A stretch of 64,000 bases of DNA, from positions 8,895 through 72,894 of IMG/VR virus record IMGVR_UViG_3300006052_000009, one strand, 5' to 3'. Below the pieces are notes generated by a model. That model was not told where the DNA came from. It saw only the letters and a program-made list of their open reading frames with translations, and did not search any database. Origin of the DNA: a virus. Within the stretch, counting starts at the first letter, position 1. Each line of letters starts with the position of its first letter. The position numbers were made by a program, and so were the translations under genes. This document shows positions 17,502-27,364 of the stretch, one piece after another.

Positions 17502-17547
17502 TTTTTTAAGTCAGGGAGAATTTTTTATCAAAAAAAAATAATCCCCA

Positions 17548-19029
17548 ATGGCAACGCCAATAACAACAGTAAATACCTATCGGGATTTCTCGTTTGCTTC
17601 TTCGGAGCAATACCCAGTTATCTCCAACATTGAGTTCCTTTTGGAACCACAGATCGTAAAAGAACTTTTCAACATCAACCCACTCCAGACCGACATCGGT
17701 GACTTCATGAAAATGGGGTTAATGGAAAAAGTGGAAGGTGAAGAAATCATCCACCGTGAAATGCGTCAGATTTTGTCTGCGCCATTTGTAAACACGGACA
17801 CCACGCAGACCAACGTGTACGGAACTGCATCGGTAGGTAACGGTGACCCCGCTGCCTTCTCAGGTTTGCAGTACATTCAACTTTCAGCCGCATCTCACTC
17901 CCCAGGTACCGGTGTTAACTCGCTTGACTTCTCATATCCTCGTCAGGGGATGGTGATCGAATTCAACGGTCAGCAGTTCTGGAGAGTACAAGGTAAGCGC
18001 GACTCACAAGGTGGACTGTATGCAGGCGCACACCGCTTGTATATCACCCAATTGATTGGAACCTCGCTTCCTTTATCGAGCATCATCAACCTGAACGGTT
18101 CTACCTACGGTGGTAACCAGATCACGGTACCTGCTCCAGCATTTGAAGAAGCTACCTACGGTATGCAACAAGGGTTGATTCCTACCTTCACCAACATCAG
18201 GTCTTACCTGACTACTTTCGGTGAAGTGTACACGACCACTGACAAGCAGTTGACCAACAGGTCATATCCTATCGTCAACCCTGCAACGGGCGAGACTATC
18301 AACTTCTGGTATGTTCTCGGAAGCCGTACAACTGAAGAGTTGTTCATGCTTCAAATGGCAATGGGCTTGTTCGTGATGCCATCTGCCGATGCAAACGCTG
18401 TGGCTTACGATCCAGTATCCGGAACAAACAAGTCGCTGACCACCTCTGGTGGTTACATCCCTACACTTCAAGCCAATGCGCCTCTGAAGCAGTACGATGA
18501 TCAAGTGACGCTGACCTTGTTCAAGGATTTGTATCGCTTGAGAAACCGTTTGAACCAATCAGGCGACACCCTGATGTGGCATGGTCCTGAATTCGCGTTC
18601 AGAGTTTCTGACTTGATCACTCAGTTAGGAGACAATGGTTCGATCATCTATGATCGCCCAGCAGTCGACCTTGAGATCAGCACCATCGCTCTGCCTGGCG
18701 CGAAGTTCCACTTGAAAGGTCTTCGTATCCTTGACAATCCTCAGTTGACCAACATCCCTGGCCGTCCTTACCCATGGTACTTCATCGCGAAGCCTATGGA
18801 CAAGAAGGAAGATGCCAAGACTGGTATTCCGATGGATTGCTTTACCATCATGTATAAGCAACAGATGGGTGGTGGCGCAAGGGGCTACTACAAGGTATGG
18901 CAGACTGGTGCCTATGCACCCGTTCCGACCTCTACTCAACGTGTGTGCCAGACCAACTACGCTTCCGAAGAAGGAATCCGTGTTGTGGCTGCATCCAAGC
19001 ACATCTTGGGACAAGGTTCTCAGTTCTAA
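17548..19029 (+). CDS. Major capsid protein
   Basis: 493 aa, in the expected position, with highly biased (high-expression) codons and a strong terminator after it. Confidence 0.8.
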   Translation: MATPITTVNTYRDFSFASSEQYPVISNIEFLLEPQIVKELFNINPLQTDIGDFMKMGLMEKVEGEEIIHREMRQILSAPFVNTDTTQTNVYGTASVGNGDPAAFSGLQYIQLSAASHSPGTGVNSLDFSYPRQGMVIEFNGQQFWRVQGKRDSQGGLYAGAHRLYITQLIGTSLPLSSIINLNGSTYGGNQITVPAPAFEEATYGMQQGLIPTFTNIRSYLTTFGEVYTTTDKQLTNRSYPIVNPATGETINFWYVLGSRTTEELFMLQMAMGLFVMPSADANAVAYDPVSGTNKSLTTSGGYIPTLQANAPLKQYDDQVTLTLFKDLYRLRNRLNQSGDTLMWHGPEFAFRVSDLITQLGDNGSIIYDRPAVDLEISTIALPGAKFHLKGLRILDNPQLTNIPGRPYPWYFIAKPMDKKEDAKTGIPMDCFTIMYKQQMGGGARGYYKVWQTGAYAPVPTSTQRVCQTNYASEEGIRVVAASKHILGQGSQF

Positions 19030-19036
19030 TTTCAGT

Positions 19037-19070
19037 GAGGGGATGGAACTAACCATCCCCTCTTTTTTTT
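19037..19070 (+). terminator. Rho-independent terminator
   Basis: GAGGGGATGG-AACTAA-CCATCCCCTC followed by T8. Confidence 0.9.
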
Positions 19071-19088
19071 ACTTAACCGACAAAAACA

Positions 19089-20093
19089 ATGACAAAGGTA
19101 ACCGACAGTGCCTTGGATGAATTCTTAGTAACGAAATCACCAGCACCATTAAAAACAGAATCGAAAGCCAAACCAAAGGGCACCCGTTTCGGGCGATTCA
19201 GAATTCCTCCCTCAATTAATCTATCTCCTCAGATGTTGCCGCCACTCACCAGAAACAAGATGGCAATCTATGAAGTTGTCAATGTGGCTCGCGATGGCAG
19301 GCAGTTGACTAGAGAAGTGAATGGGAAGACAATACAGGTAAACAACATTGGAGAAATTCCACCTGTACAACTTTCGCCTGTATACAAAATTTACGACAGG
19401 TTCGAGGAGGACTTGGCTCGTAGAATGAAGACAATGGTCTTCTCGGATGAAATCAATGTTCAGGAATATTTCAACACAGTTGCAAAAAACATTGATCCGA
19501 CAACGACAATGAAATTGGAGATGCCTGAATTGTTGAATGGACAGGTAATCGTTGATTGCGAGGCCAATTACACAAAATACGTGTGGTGGGAACTACACCC
19601 TTTGAACGACAGTAACAAGTTCAGAGATAAAACAAAGACTCCTTTATTCAAAAGAGCCGATGTTCATTATTCTTCTCCTCATCTTCAATTGATGAAGATG
19701 GACTTGCAACGTGATGCGGAAGAATATGTAATCAAATTGAATGCTGAGAAATTGATTAATCTCGCCTCTGCATTTGGAATTCCATCCTCTGTTTCTATTC
19801 AGGACATGAGACTTGATCTTCGTATCAAGGCCAAGAATAATCCGGAGGAGGTATTGTTCAAGTCTCCCGAGAAACATGCGGCCACACTTCGGTTGGCGGT
19901 AAGTTGCATGGACTTGTCCATCATCGATTACAATTCAGCGACACAGGAATTCTTTTTCCCTCACGCTGACGAGCCATTCTTTACGGTGCCATTGGATCAG
20001 ACACCACTCGAGGCATTAGCCAAGTGGCTTACCACCGAGGAGGGAGAGGAAGCTAAAACTTATTTAGAGACAACTGTCTCTTTCTGGAAATAA
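19089..20093 (+). CDS. Conserved head-module protein downstream of the capsid gene
   Basis: 334 aa with an ELHPLN motif. Position matches the post-MCP gene of crAss-like phages. Confidence 0.65.
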   Translation: MTKVTDSALDEFLVTKSPAPLKTESKAKPKGTRFGRFRIPPSINLSPQMLPPLTRNKMAIYEVVNVARDGRQLTREVNGKTIQVNNIGEIPPVQLSPVYKIYDRFEEDLARRMKTMVFSDEINVQEYFNTVAKNIDPTTTMKLEMPELLNGQVIVDCEANYTKYVWWELHPLNDSNKFRDKTKTPLFKRADVHYSSPHLQLMKMDLQRDAEEYVIKLNAEKLINLASAFGIPSSVSIQDMRLDLRIKAKNNPEEVLFKSPEKHAATLRLAVSCMDLSIIDYNSATQEFFFPHADEPFFTVPLDQTPLEALAKWLTTEEGEEAKTYLETTVSFWK

Positions 20094-20155
20094 GTTGTAA
20101 TTTTATCTCGCGCCTGACCAGCGTTACGTTCTTACAAAGCCTAGTACGTTTATTG

Positions 20156-20186
20156 AAAGCCCCACATCTTACGGTGGGGCTTTTTT
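20156..20186 (+). terminator. Rho-independent terminator
   Basis: AAAGCCCCAC-ATCTTACG-GTGGGGCTTT followed by TTT. Confidence 0.85.
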
Positions 20187-20218
20187 ATTGGCATCAATTT
20201 TATCCTTAACTTGCAATT

Positions 20219-20947
20219 ATGTCTGATAATGCTGGAATTTATGCTATTACATCTCCTTCAAATAAAGTCTACATCGGACAAAGTCATAATATAAAAAAAA
20301 GGTATAAGCAATACGCTTATCTATCAAATAAAGAACAACCAGCCATTCATAATTCTATTTTAAAGTATGGTTGGGAGACTCATAAATTTGAAACAATTCT
20401 ATATTTAGATGAACGCATAAATCAATCTCTTTATGATTACTGGGAATGTTTTTTTATAGAGCATTACAAGCAACAAGGTTATACTTTACTGAATTTAACC
20501 TCTGGAGGAGGTCATTGTAAGATGTCAGAAGAAGCAAAAATAAAAATGTCAATCGCTGCAAAAGGCAAAGTTAAAAGTGCTGAATGGCGAAAAAAAATAT
20601 CTGATAGCAATAAATTAACAAGGAAACTAGGACTTCATAAACCCAGTATTTATTGGTTAGGTAAGGAAAGAAGTCAAGAGACAAAAAATAAAATAAGTAA
20701 GTCAAGCATTGGTAAACAATTATCAGAAGAACATAAAGCAAAAGTTGGACGACAGGGTGAAAAGCATCACAAATCCAAACTATCAAATGAACAGGTTAGA
20801 ATAATTATGCATGCTTTAAAATTTGGTGCAATAGGAACTGAGTTAGCTAAAATTTTCAATATTGGCAGCACTACTGTTTATGAAATAGGTAACGGCATAC
20901 ATTGGTCTCATGTTACAGGAATACCTAAAAGGAAAAATTATCAGTAA
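20219..20947 (+). CDS. GIY-YIG homing endonuclease with NUMOD3 repeats and a C-terminal HTH
   Basis: GIYAITSPSNKVYIGQS, LLNLTSGG, SEEAKIKMS repeats and GEKHHKSKLSNEQV. AT-rich. Confidence 0.9.
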   Translation: MSDNAGIYAITSPSNKVYIGQSHNIKKRYKQYAYLSNKEQPAIHNSILKYGWETHKFETILYLDERINQSLYDYWECFFIEHYKQQGYTLLNLTSGGGHCKMSEEAKIKMSIAAKGKVKSAEWRKKISDSNKLTRKLGLHKPSIYWLGKERSQETKNKISKSSIGKQLSEEHKAKVGRQGEKHHKSKLSNEQVRIIMHALKFGAIGTELAKIFNIGSTTVYEIGNGIHWSHVTGIPKRKNYQ

Positions 20948-20969
20948 ATTGCAACTAAATTTATAAATC

Positions 20970-21641
20970 ATGGCCTTAACATTTGTGACCGCTATACAAC
21001 AGGTAACAGTTGACTTATCTCATGGTTATTTGGTTGATTATACAGTTTACGGTGGATCTAACGTAGCCCGTAATACTCTTTCAATTTTCGTTTACATCGC
21101 AAAACGGGACGTTAACAACAACGACACTTTCTTAACTATCGATAACTCATCACCACTCACAGCAACGCAGTGGTACTTTTCTATGCCTGCACAGGACGGA
21201 AATTTTGTGGCAAGTATTTTTGCTTTCAACATCTGGTCGGCAGGATCTTATACTTTGAATGCATGCGTATACTACTCACCAAATTCGAGTTATTACATCG
21301 CCAACACAGGAACATCGAGCACACCTGGTGCCGATGGAACGTGGACTTTGATCACCAACATTCTTCAGACTTGCTCTGGTAATTCATCTGTTCAACAGGC
21401 GCAGACTTACAATTTCTCTGCTGCCGTTGCTCAGGCTGGCGCATTGTCGCTGGCTCTTGCCGACTTTGGTAACAACGTGAAGTTAGGACGCTATAAGAGT
21501 TGGGAGGATGCCGCACAGGTGCTGATCGGCCCAGCATTAATTCAAAGTGCTCTTACGAATTTCAGACAAGGGAACTATACTAACTGTCAGTCGATAATGG
21601 ATTATGTTGACGCACAGACACAAACTACTTATTCTGCATAA
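20970..21641 (+). CDS. Virion structural protein (hypothetical)
   Basis: Beta-rich, with a WSAGSYTLNACVYY...TPGADGTW carbohydrate-binding-like motif. Confidence 0.6.
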   Translation: MALTFVTAIQQVTVDLSHGYLVDYTVYGGSNVARNTLSIFVYIAKRDVNNNDTFLTIDNSSPLTATQWYFSMPAQDGNFVASIFAFNIWSAGSYTLNACVYYSPNSSYYIANTGTSSTPGADGTWTLITNILQTCSGNSSVQQAQTYNFSAAVAQAGALSLALADFGNNVKLGRYKSWEDAAQVLIGPALIQSALTNFRQGNYTNCQSIMDYVDAQTQTTYSA

Positions 21642-22325
21642 ATGAGTCTTCCAATTCGCGCAGCCTCGGAGATTACCGTAATCATCAATAACGCTCAGGC
21701 CGCTGTTAGTGGCCTAGGTAAGCAAATTGTTGATGAGAAAAAGCGTGGCCTCAATGCATCCAACAGAGCACACCGCGATAAAATCTATAGACTCATTCTT
21801 CTTATTAATTACTTACAAACTCTACTTGATGACAACGGTAATGTAAGGAACTGGTACAGTAACAATGCCGCCACCTACAACCAGATGCTTGATGGTGTGG
21901 TGAAGCTCTCGGGAATATTCCAAGGGCCATCGATACCATTGATGACCAGTGTGAACATCCCGATTATTCTTTATCAGGGATCAAGCAACTCAGACATTGA
22001 CAATGGTGGCATAGGCACAGCGATAAGTAAAACCGTTAATAGCCCATCGACTATTGTTGATTCATTTACCGCCATAGGTTCGTATGCTTTTTATGTGTTG
22101 GGTGTCTCTGGAGTGAATGCGGGTGAGGGTAGCAGAACGTCAACTTTATTTGTTACGATAAGAGGATCCAGCACCCCCACTTGGACGGAGACAAAGACTA
22201 CCGACTTAGGTGGGATTACGACACCTATAGTTTTTAGTTTTACAAATTCTGGTGGAAATATAAATTTAGTTGCGACTGCTTCAACAAATAACTGGTCTGT
22301 TAATGGTTTCAGATTAAATGGCTGA
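21642..22325 (+). CDS. Virion structural protein (tail hub or fibre attachment candidate)
   Basis: Helical N-terminus and beta C-terminus. Overlaps the start of the fibre gene. Confidence 0.55.
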   Translation: MSLPIRAASEITVIINNAQAAVSGLGKQIVDEKKRGLNASNRAHRDKIYRLILLINYLQTLLDDNGNVRNWYSNNAATYNQMLDGVVKLSGIFQGPSIPLMTSVNIPIILYQGSSNSDIDNGGIGTAISKTVNSPSTIVDSFTAIGSYAFYVLGVSGVNAGEGSRTSTLFVTIRGSSTPTWTETKTTDLGGITTPIVFSFTNSGGNINLVATASTNNWSVNGFRLNG

Positions 22326-25300
22326 TGCACTCAAAATATCCAATGGCCTCATCTTTGACTTCTCCATTAATGGTGCGGGGCCAAGTGATGTCTTGTTGTT
22401 TAGTGATTCGAGTGGCAACCTTACCCAGGCATCTTCTCTTGCTGTCAACAGACTTGTAGCTCAGACACCATCGAAGGCAACTGTATTTGATGCAAGTGGA
22501 TTCATCACCGCATCATCTGTAACGGCTACCGAGTTAGGATATGTTTCCGGTGTCACTTCATCGATACAAACACAACTTAATGCCAAGCAACCAACGATCA
22601 GTCTCACCGCTAATCGCGCTGTGGTCACTAATGGATCTGGTGTCCTAATTGCATCGGCAACACTTGATACAGAGATAGGATATGTGTCGGGGGTTACATC
22701 GTCAATACAGACTCAACTTAATGCAAAGCAAGCAACCATCACTGGTGGTGCAACAACTATAGTATCATCTAACCTGACTGCATCTCGAGCACTTGTCTCT
22801 GACGGTAGCGGAAAGGTAGCGGTCAGTAGTGTGTTGTCTTCAGAACTTGCCTATGTATCTGGAGTTACTTCTTCGATACAGACGCAGTTAGGAACTAAGT
22901 TGACGGTTACAATAACATCGCCTACCAGTGGACAGATAATTTCTTACAACGGTTCAGCGTGGGTTAACTCCTCTGCCGGTGCGGGTACGTTACCAGTAGG
23001 TGGATCGGCAAATCAGTATCTCACTAAGATTGACGGAACAAATTATAACACTCAGTGGTCAACATTGATCACCGCAAACATCACCGATCTAACTGCTACT
23101 TACAGTGAGATAAATATTCTGCATGGTGTTACAACTACTACTGCACAGTTAAACTACCTCAATACTACTACCTCCGATGTTCAGGTTCAGATAAATAACA
23201 AGTTAACAAACTCGTTAACGCTGAACTCCATCTGGGTTGGTAATGGTGCCAATGTTCCTGCCCCATTGTCTACTGGTCCTAACGGATATGTTCTTAAGAG
23301 TGTATCTGGTGTTCCTACATGGCAACCGTACTTGGCTACTTCTTTTATTGGTCTTACCGATGTACCTGCGTCTTATACGGGAGCAAATAGTTATCTCGTT
23401 CAGGTTAATGCAGGTGCCACAGGTCTTCAGTTTGTCGCAACGAATAGTGTTGGTTGGCCGCTGACTGGATCGGCTACTATCACTGGCAACGTAACGATGA
23501 CTCTTCCTGCGGCAGATGTGGTCTACTTCAATGCCGCTGGATACACAGATACCAATACTTTCTTCCAATGGACAAGCACGGCCACAAGTTATAATCAGAA
23601 CATCATACAGAACCTCAGTTCTGCGGCCACTGCGAGTACGAACTTCATTGTAAGTAATAACCTAGGAACTGCTACTACCTATTATTTTGAAATGGGTATG
23701 AACAGTTCAGGATTTACTGGCAGTGGATCATTTAACATAGCCAACGCTGGATATCTTGATGTTACCAATGGTGATCTGGTGATCGGAACACTTACCTCTA
23801 ATGCGATACACTTTGTAATTAATGGGGGGAGTGTGAGCACCGATGCGATGTTGATCGACACGCATGGGAAGGCGACATTTTATCCATCGGCTACGTACAC
23901 AGGTCTTAATGTTGGAACGGGCAGTGCCGATCCATCTACTCCTAGTGGTGGAGATTTATTCTATAACACTACGCTGACTGCATTGAGGGCATACATCAAT
24001 GGTGCGTGGGTAAGTTTAGGTGCTGGCGGCGGGGGAGGCACACCCGGAGGTTCTAATACACAGTTGCAGTACAACAACTCAGGCGCATTCGGGGGAACGA
24101 GTGCAACGTATAGTAGTGCGACTGGTAAGGTGACTTTTACACCGACCGCAACGTATTCAGGGATGAATATTGGCACTTTAGCTGGCAATCCCTCTACATT
24201 GAGCAATGCCGATATTTGGTATAATTCAACAACATCTCAATTTGTAGGTACTGGGTTTGGTTCTGGAATAACTTCCACTTTTCTGGGAGGACAAGCAGTG
24301 CCAGCAGGTCAAGGTCAGATACCTTATAACGTAAGTGCTAATTCAGCGGTGTTAAGTTTTAGTTCAAACTTCACTTATAATACAATTAAATTCAATGTAG
24401 GAGGTGCCGCCCAATCCTCAGGCGTAAACTCTCTAGCCGTCTTCACTGGCCGTGCTGATACGGGCATCACAACAACTACGGAACAGATCGACATCGACTT
24501 CGCGCTGAACAGAACTGTGACGTGGGCATCGTCATCTACAGTAGCTACTCAGCGACAGATTTATGTCAGGGGCGTAACGTTAGCCGCTGCATCGGCAGGC
24601 CAAGTGTTCACCAATGCGTATTCACTGTATGTGGATCCACCAGTAGCGGGAACGAATGCGAGTATAGGAACTGCTTGGGCAGCAGGATTTAATGGGAATA
24701 TGTGGTCTAATGGACAAGTTTTATTTGGCCCATCAGGAACAGCTTTTTATAGCGCATCAGAAATATTAAAAATTAGAAGTGATCAGAATAATGGGGTTAT
24801 ATCATCAGTAACCAATACTACTGCTGGCACATCTGCCTATGCGGGATTTTTTGCGTCCACCAGCTCTAGTTTTTCAGGTGCACTGGTGATGATAACTTTA
24901 TCATCATCTTACGCTACGAGCGGAATTTTAGTGGCAAACTCATCATCGGTTTATTCTAATACTGGAGGCGGCCTAAATTTAGGTACCAATATTGCACAAC
25001 AAACCAGTCTTTGGACTAATGCTACAAAGCGTCTAGCTATTGATGGCTCAGGTAACACTGTCTACACACAAGGCGCATTGTCTTCTTCATGGACCTCATC
25101 TTGGAATTATATCTCAGGCAACCACACCATAATCCCTGCCAGTTCCGAACTAGCAGACTTCATCTTCAACTCGGCTAGTGGTGACAATACCTTCAACTCA
25201 GGTGGTTCTCTCGCAGTAGGTACACGCACGAAGGCATGGGCAAGTGGTGCAGGTACGGTAGCGACTCAGCGCGATATCTACATCAGAGGCACGATCTACA

Positions 25301-27363
25301 GTTCGGCAGGAAGTAGTACAACGATAACTAATGCGTACACATTGTATGTCGATGCACCAAGCACGAACACTTCGGCAGGATTTGCGCCTACAGTGACAAA
25401 TAATTTTGCTGCTGGTTTCAATGGCAATGTTGCTGTATTAGGTAATTTCAATGTGACAACTTCTTACAGCACAATTATAAGTGCAGGCCAGACAATTTCA
25501 TTTACAGCTAGAGCATTTAACAGTTTTGGAGGTACAACTTCTTTTAATTTCACACCAGGTGCAAGTACAAATATTGCCACTACCAGTGAGCAAAATAATT
25601 TTGTAATTACTGGCGTTACTTTACAGTGGGCTGCTGGCACTGTGGTTATCCAAAGAGATAACCTTATAAAGGCTAATACATTAACTGGTGCTGCCGCAAC
25701 AGCAATATTTACAGATGCAGCAACATTTGCAATAAATGGAGCACCTATAAAAGGAACCAATGCATCAATAACTAATGCTCACGGATTACTTATCCAATCG
25801 GGATCAGTGGGTGCTGCAACCAACTCCTTCGGCCTCACTGTTAACGCTCAAAGTGGTGCTACCAACAACTACGCAGCGCAGTTCTTAGGGGGCACTGTGA
25901 TCTTTAAAAACGTGTTATCATATACCGACACCGACATCTTCACGATGGCCGCCAGTTCGGTGAACAGTTTCAATCAGCACATCATTCAGAATACCAACAG
26001 TGGCACAACTGCATCGACTAATCTGATCGTCAGCAACAACAACGGAACCGCCACGACATACTATGGCGAGTTCGGCATGAACTCTTCGGGCTTCACTGGA
26101 TCAGGTTCATTCAACCAGCCCAACTACGTATACTTGGACTCCACCAGCGCAGATCTCGTAATAGGAACGACCACATCGAATGCGATTCACTTCGTAATCA
26201 ATGGCAACAGCGTCACTACGGATGCCATGGGAATAGCCACCACTGGCAAGGTTCTCCTCTATCAGACCGCATCCTATGCGGCCTTCAACATCAACGGATA
26301 CACTGCTGACCCAAGTACGCCTACGGAAGGCGATCAAGCCTACAATACGACTTCACATGTAATGAAGTTCTATAACGGCAGCACTTGGGTATCAATGGGA
26401 GGCGGTGGAGGAATTACTAACAGTGCATCGAATACCGAACTCATGATGAGTGACGGTACAAACGCCACACACTCTGGTTTATTTGTCAGTACCCAAGGTA
26501 GCCTCGACTTAGGTTCAACAAGTATCGCAGGTGACAGAGTAATACACAACATAAGTTCTAGCACAGATTCTTATTTGAGCCTTCAGCCTAAAGGAGTTGG
26601 AATCGTTAGAATTTATAACGGATCCTTTGCTGTTTATGATACTAACACGCCAGGAACATTTAATAATTATTTAATATTTCAAGCAGATAATGGATCTGGC
26701 TATTCAATCGGCCCAGGGGTACCTACCAGTGCAAATGTTAGATCATTTACCATCAATGGTGCCCAAGGGAATGCGACAACAACAAGCGGTGCTGATTTAA
26801 TTTTAACTGCTGGAGCTGGTTATAGTGTTGGTAACACTAATGGCGCAAATCTGTATTTAAAGGGAGGGGCAAAGAATAGTTCGGGAACAAATGGTAATGT
26901 TGGATTTTTTACTACCTCTGGTAGTTTCGGTGGTGGCACTGATGTTGCATTTATTCATGATGCTACAACTAACCCATCCACAAATCCAACGGCAGGATAC
27001 ATTCTATATTCCGATGGATCAAACCTGTCTCATCCAACGGTAAGGGTTCCATCAGGGGCAGTTGCCGATATATATCAAGGTGGGTTTGTTGTCGGTACAG
27101 TTTCAGCGACTACTCAAACATTGGATAGAACACAAACTGTATGGGTCTTTACTGGATCTTCGGGATCAACTTGGACTCTTCCTGCTTTATCGGGCAATAC
27201 AAACTTGATTTACTTCATTAAAAATAGAGGCACTGCGAACATCACCTTGCAAAGAGCAGGCGCAGATAATATCTTTGATACTGCGGTGGTGACCTCTGTA
27301 ACCATTCTGCCTGGAAGCGCAGTGATTGTAAGTAATGACGGAACCTACTGGAACATAATGTAA
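22318..27363 (+). CDS. Long tail fibre or receptor-binding protein (1681 aa)
   Basis: S/T/G/N-rich, with 3 x E(L/I)xYVSGVTSSIQTQL, GGGG hinges, and duplicated ~140-aa and ~55-aa modules. Confidence 0.8.
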   Translation: MADALKISNGLIFDFSINGAGPSDVLLFSDSSGNLTQASSLAVNRLVAQTPSKATVFDASGFITASSVTATELGYVSGVTSSIQTQLNAKQPTISLTANRAVVTNGSGVLIASATLDTEIGYVSGVTSSIQTQLNAKQATITGGATTIVSSNLTASRALVSDGSGKVAVSSVLSSELAYVSGVTSSIQTQLGTKLTVTITSPTSGQIISYNGSAWVNSSAGAGTLPVGGSANQYLTKIDGTNYNTQWSTLITANITDLTATYSEINILHGVTTTTAQLNYLNTTTSDVQVQINNKLTNSLTLNSIWVGNGANVPAPLSTGPNGYVLKSVSGVPTWQPYLATSFIGLTDVPASYTGANSYLVQVNAGATGLQFVATNSVGWPLTGSATITGNVTMTLPAADVVYFNAAGYTDTNTFFQWTSTATSYNQNIIQNLSSAATASTNFIVSNNLGTATTYYFEMGMNSSGFTGSGSFNIANAGYLDVTNGDLVIGTLTSNAIHFVINGGSVSTDAMLIDTHGKATFYPSATYTGLNVGTGSADPSTPSGGDLFYNTTLTALRAYINGAWVSLGAGGGGGTPGGSNTQLQYNNSGAFGGTSATYSSATGKVTFTPTATYSGMNIGTLAGNPSTLSNADIWYNSTTSQFVGTGFGSGITSTFLGGQAVPAGQGQIPYNVSANSAVLSFSSNFTYNTIKFNVGGAAQSSGVNSLAVFTGRADTGITTTTEQIDIDFALNRTVTWASSSTVATQRQIYVRGVTLAAASAGQVFTNAYSLYVDPPVAGTNASIGTAWAAGFNGNMWSNGQVLFGPSGTAFYSASEILKIRSDQNNGVISSVTNTTAGTSAYAGFFASTSSSFSGALVMITLSSSYATSGILVANSSSVYSNTGGGLNLGTNIAQQTSLWTNATKRLAIDGSGNTVYTQGALSSSWTSSWNYISGNHTIIPASSELADFIFNSASGDNTFNSGGSLAVGTRTKAWASGAGTVATQRDIYIRGTIYSSAGSSTTITNAYTLYVDAPSTNTSAGFAPTVTNNFAAGFNGNVAVLGNFNVTTSYSTIISAGQTISFTARAFNSFGGTTSFNFTPGASTNIATTSEQNNFVITGVTLQWAAGTVVIQRDNLIKANTLTGAAATAIFTDAATFAINGAPIKGTNASITNAHGLLIQSGSVGAATNSFGLTVNAQSGATNNYAAQFLGGTVIFKNVLSYTDTDIFTMAASSVNSFNQHIIQNTNSGTTASTNLIVSNNNGTATTYYGEFGMNSSGFTGSGSFNQPNYVYLDSTSADLVIGTTTSNAIHFVINGNSVTTDAMGIATTGKVLLYQTASYAAFNINGYTADPSTPTEGDQAYNTTSHVMKFYNGSTWVSMGGGGGITNSASNTELMMSDGTNATHSGLFVSTQGSLDLGSTSIAGDRVIHNISSSTDSYLSLQPKGVGIVRIYNGSFAVYDTNTPGTFNNYLIFQADNGSGYSIGPGVPTSANVRSFTINGAQGNATTTSGADLILTAGAGYSVGNTNGANLYLKGGAKNSSGTNGNVGFFTTSGSFGGGTDVAFIHDATTNPSTNPTAGYILYSDGSNLSHPTVRVPSGAVADIYQGGFVVGTVSATTQTLDRTQTVWVFTGSSGSTWTLPALSGNTNLIYFIKNRGTANITLQRAGADNIFDTAVVTSVTILPGSAVIVSNDGTYWNIM

Positions 27364-27364
27364 C

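Noticed and set aside
10191-20947. Group I introns around the two GIY-YIG genes
   Set aside because: The flanking genes are complete and the spacers are too short for a ribozyme core, so the endonucleases look free-standing.
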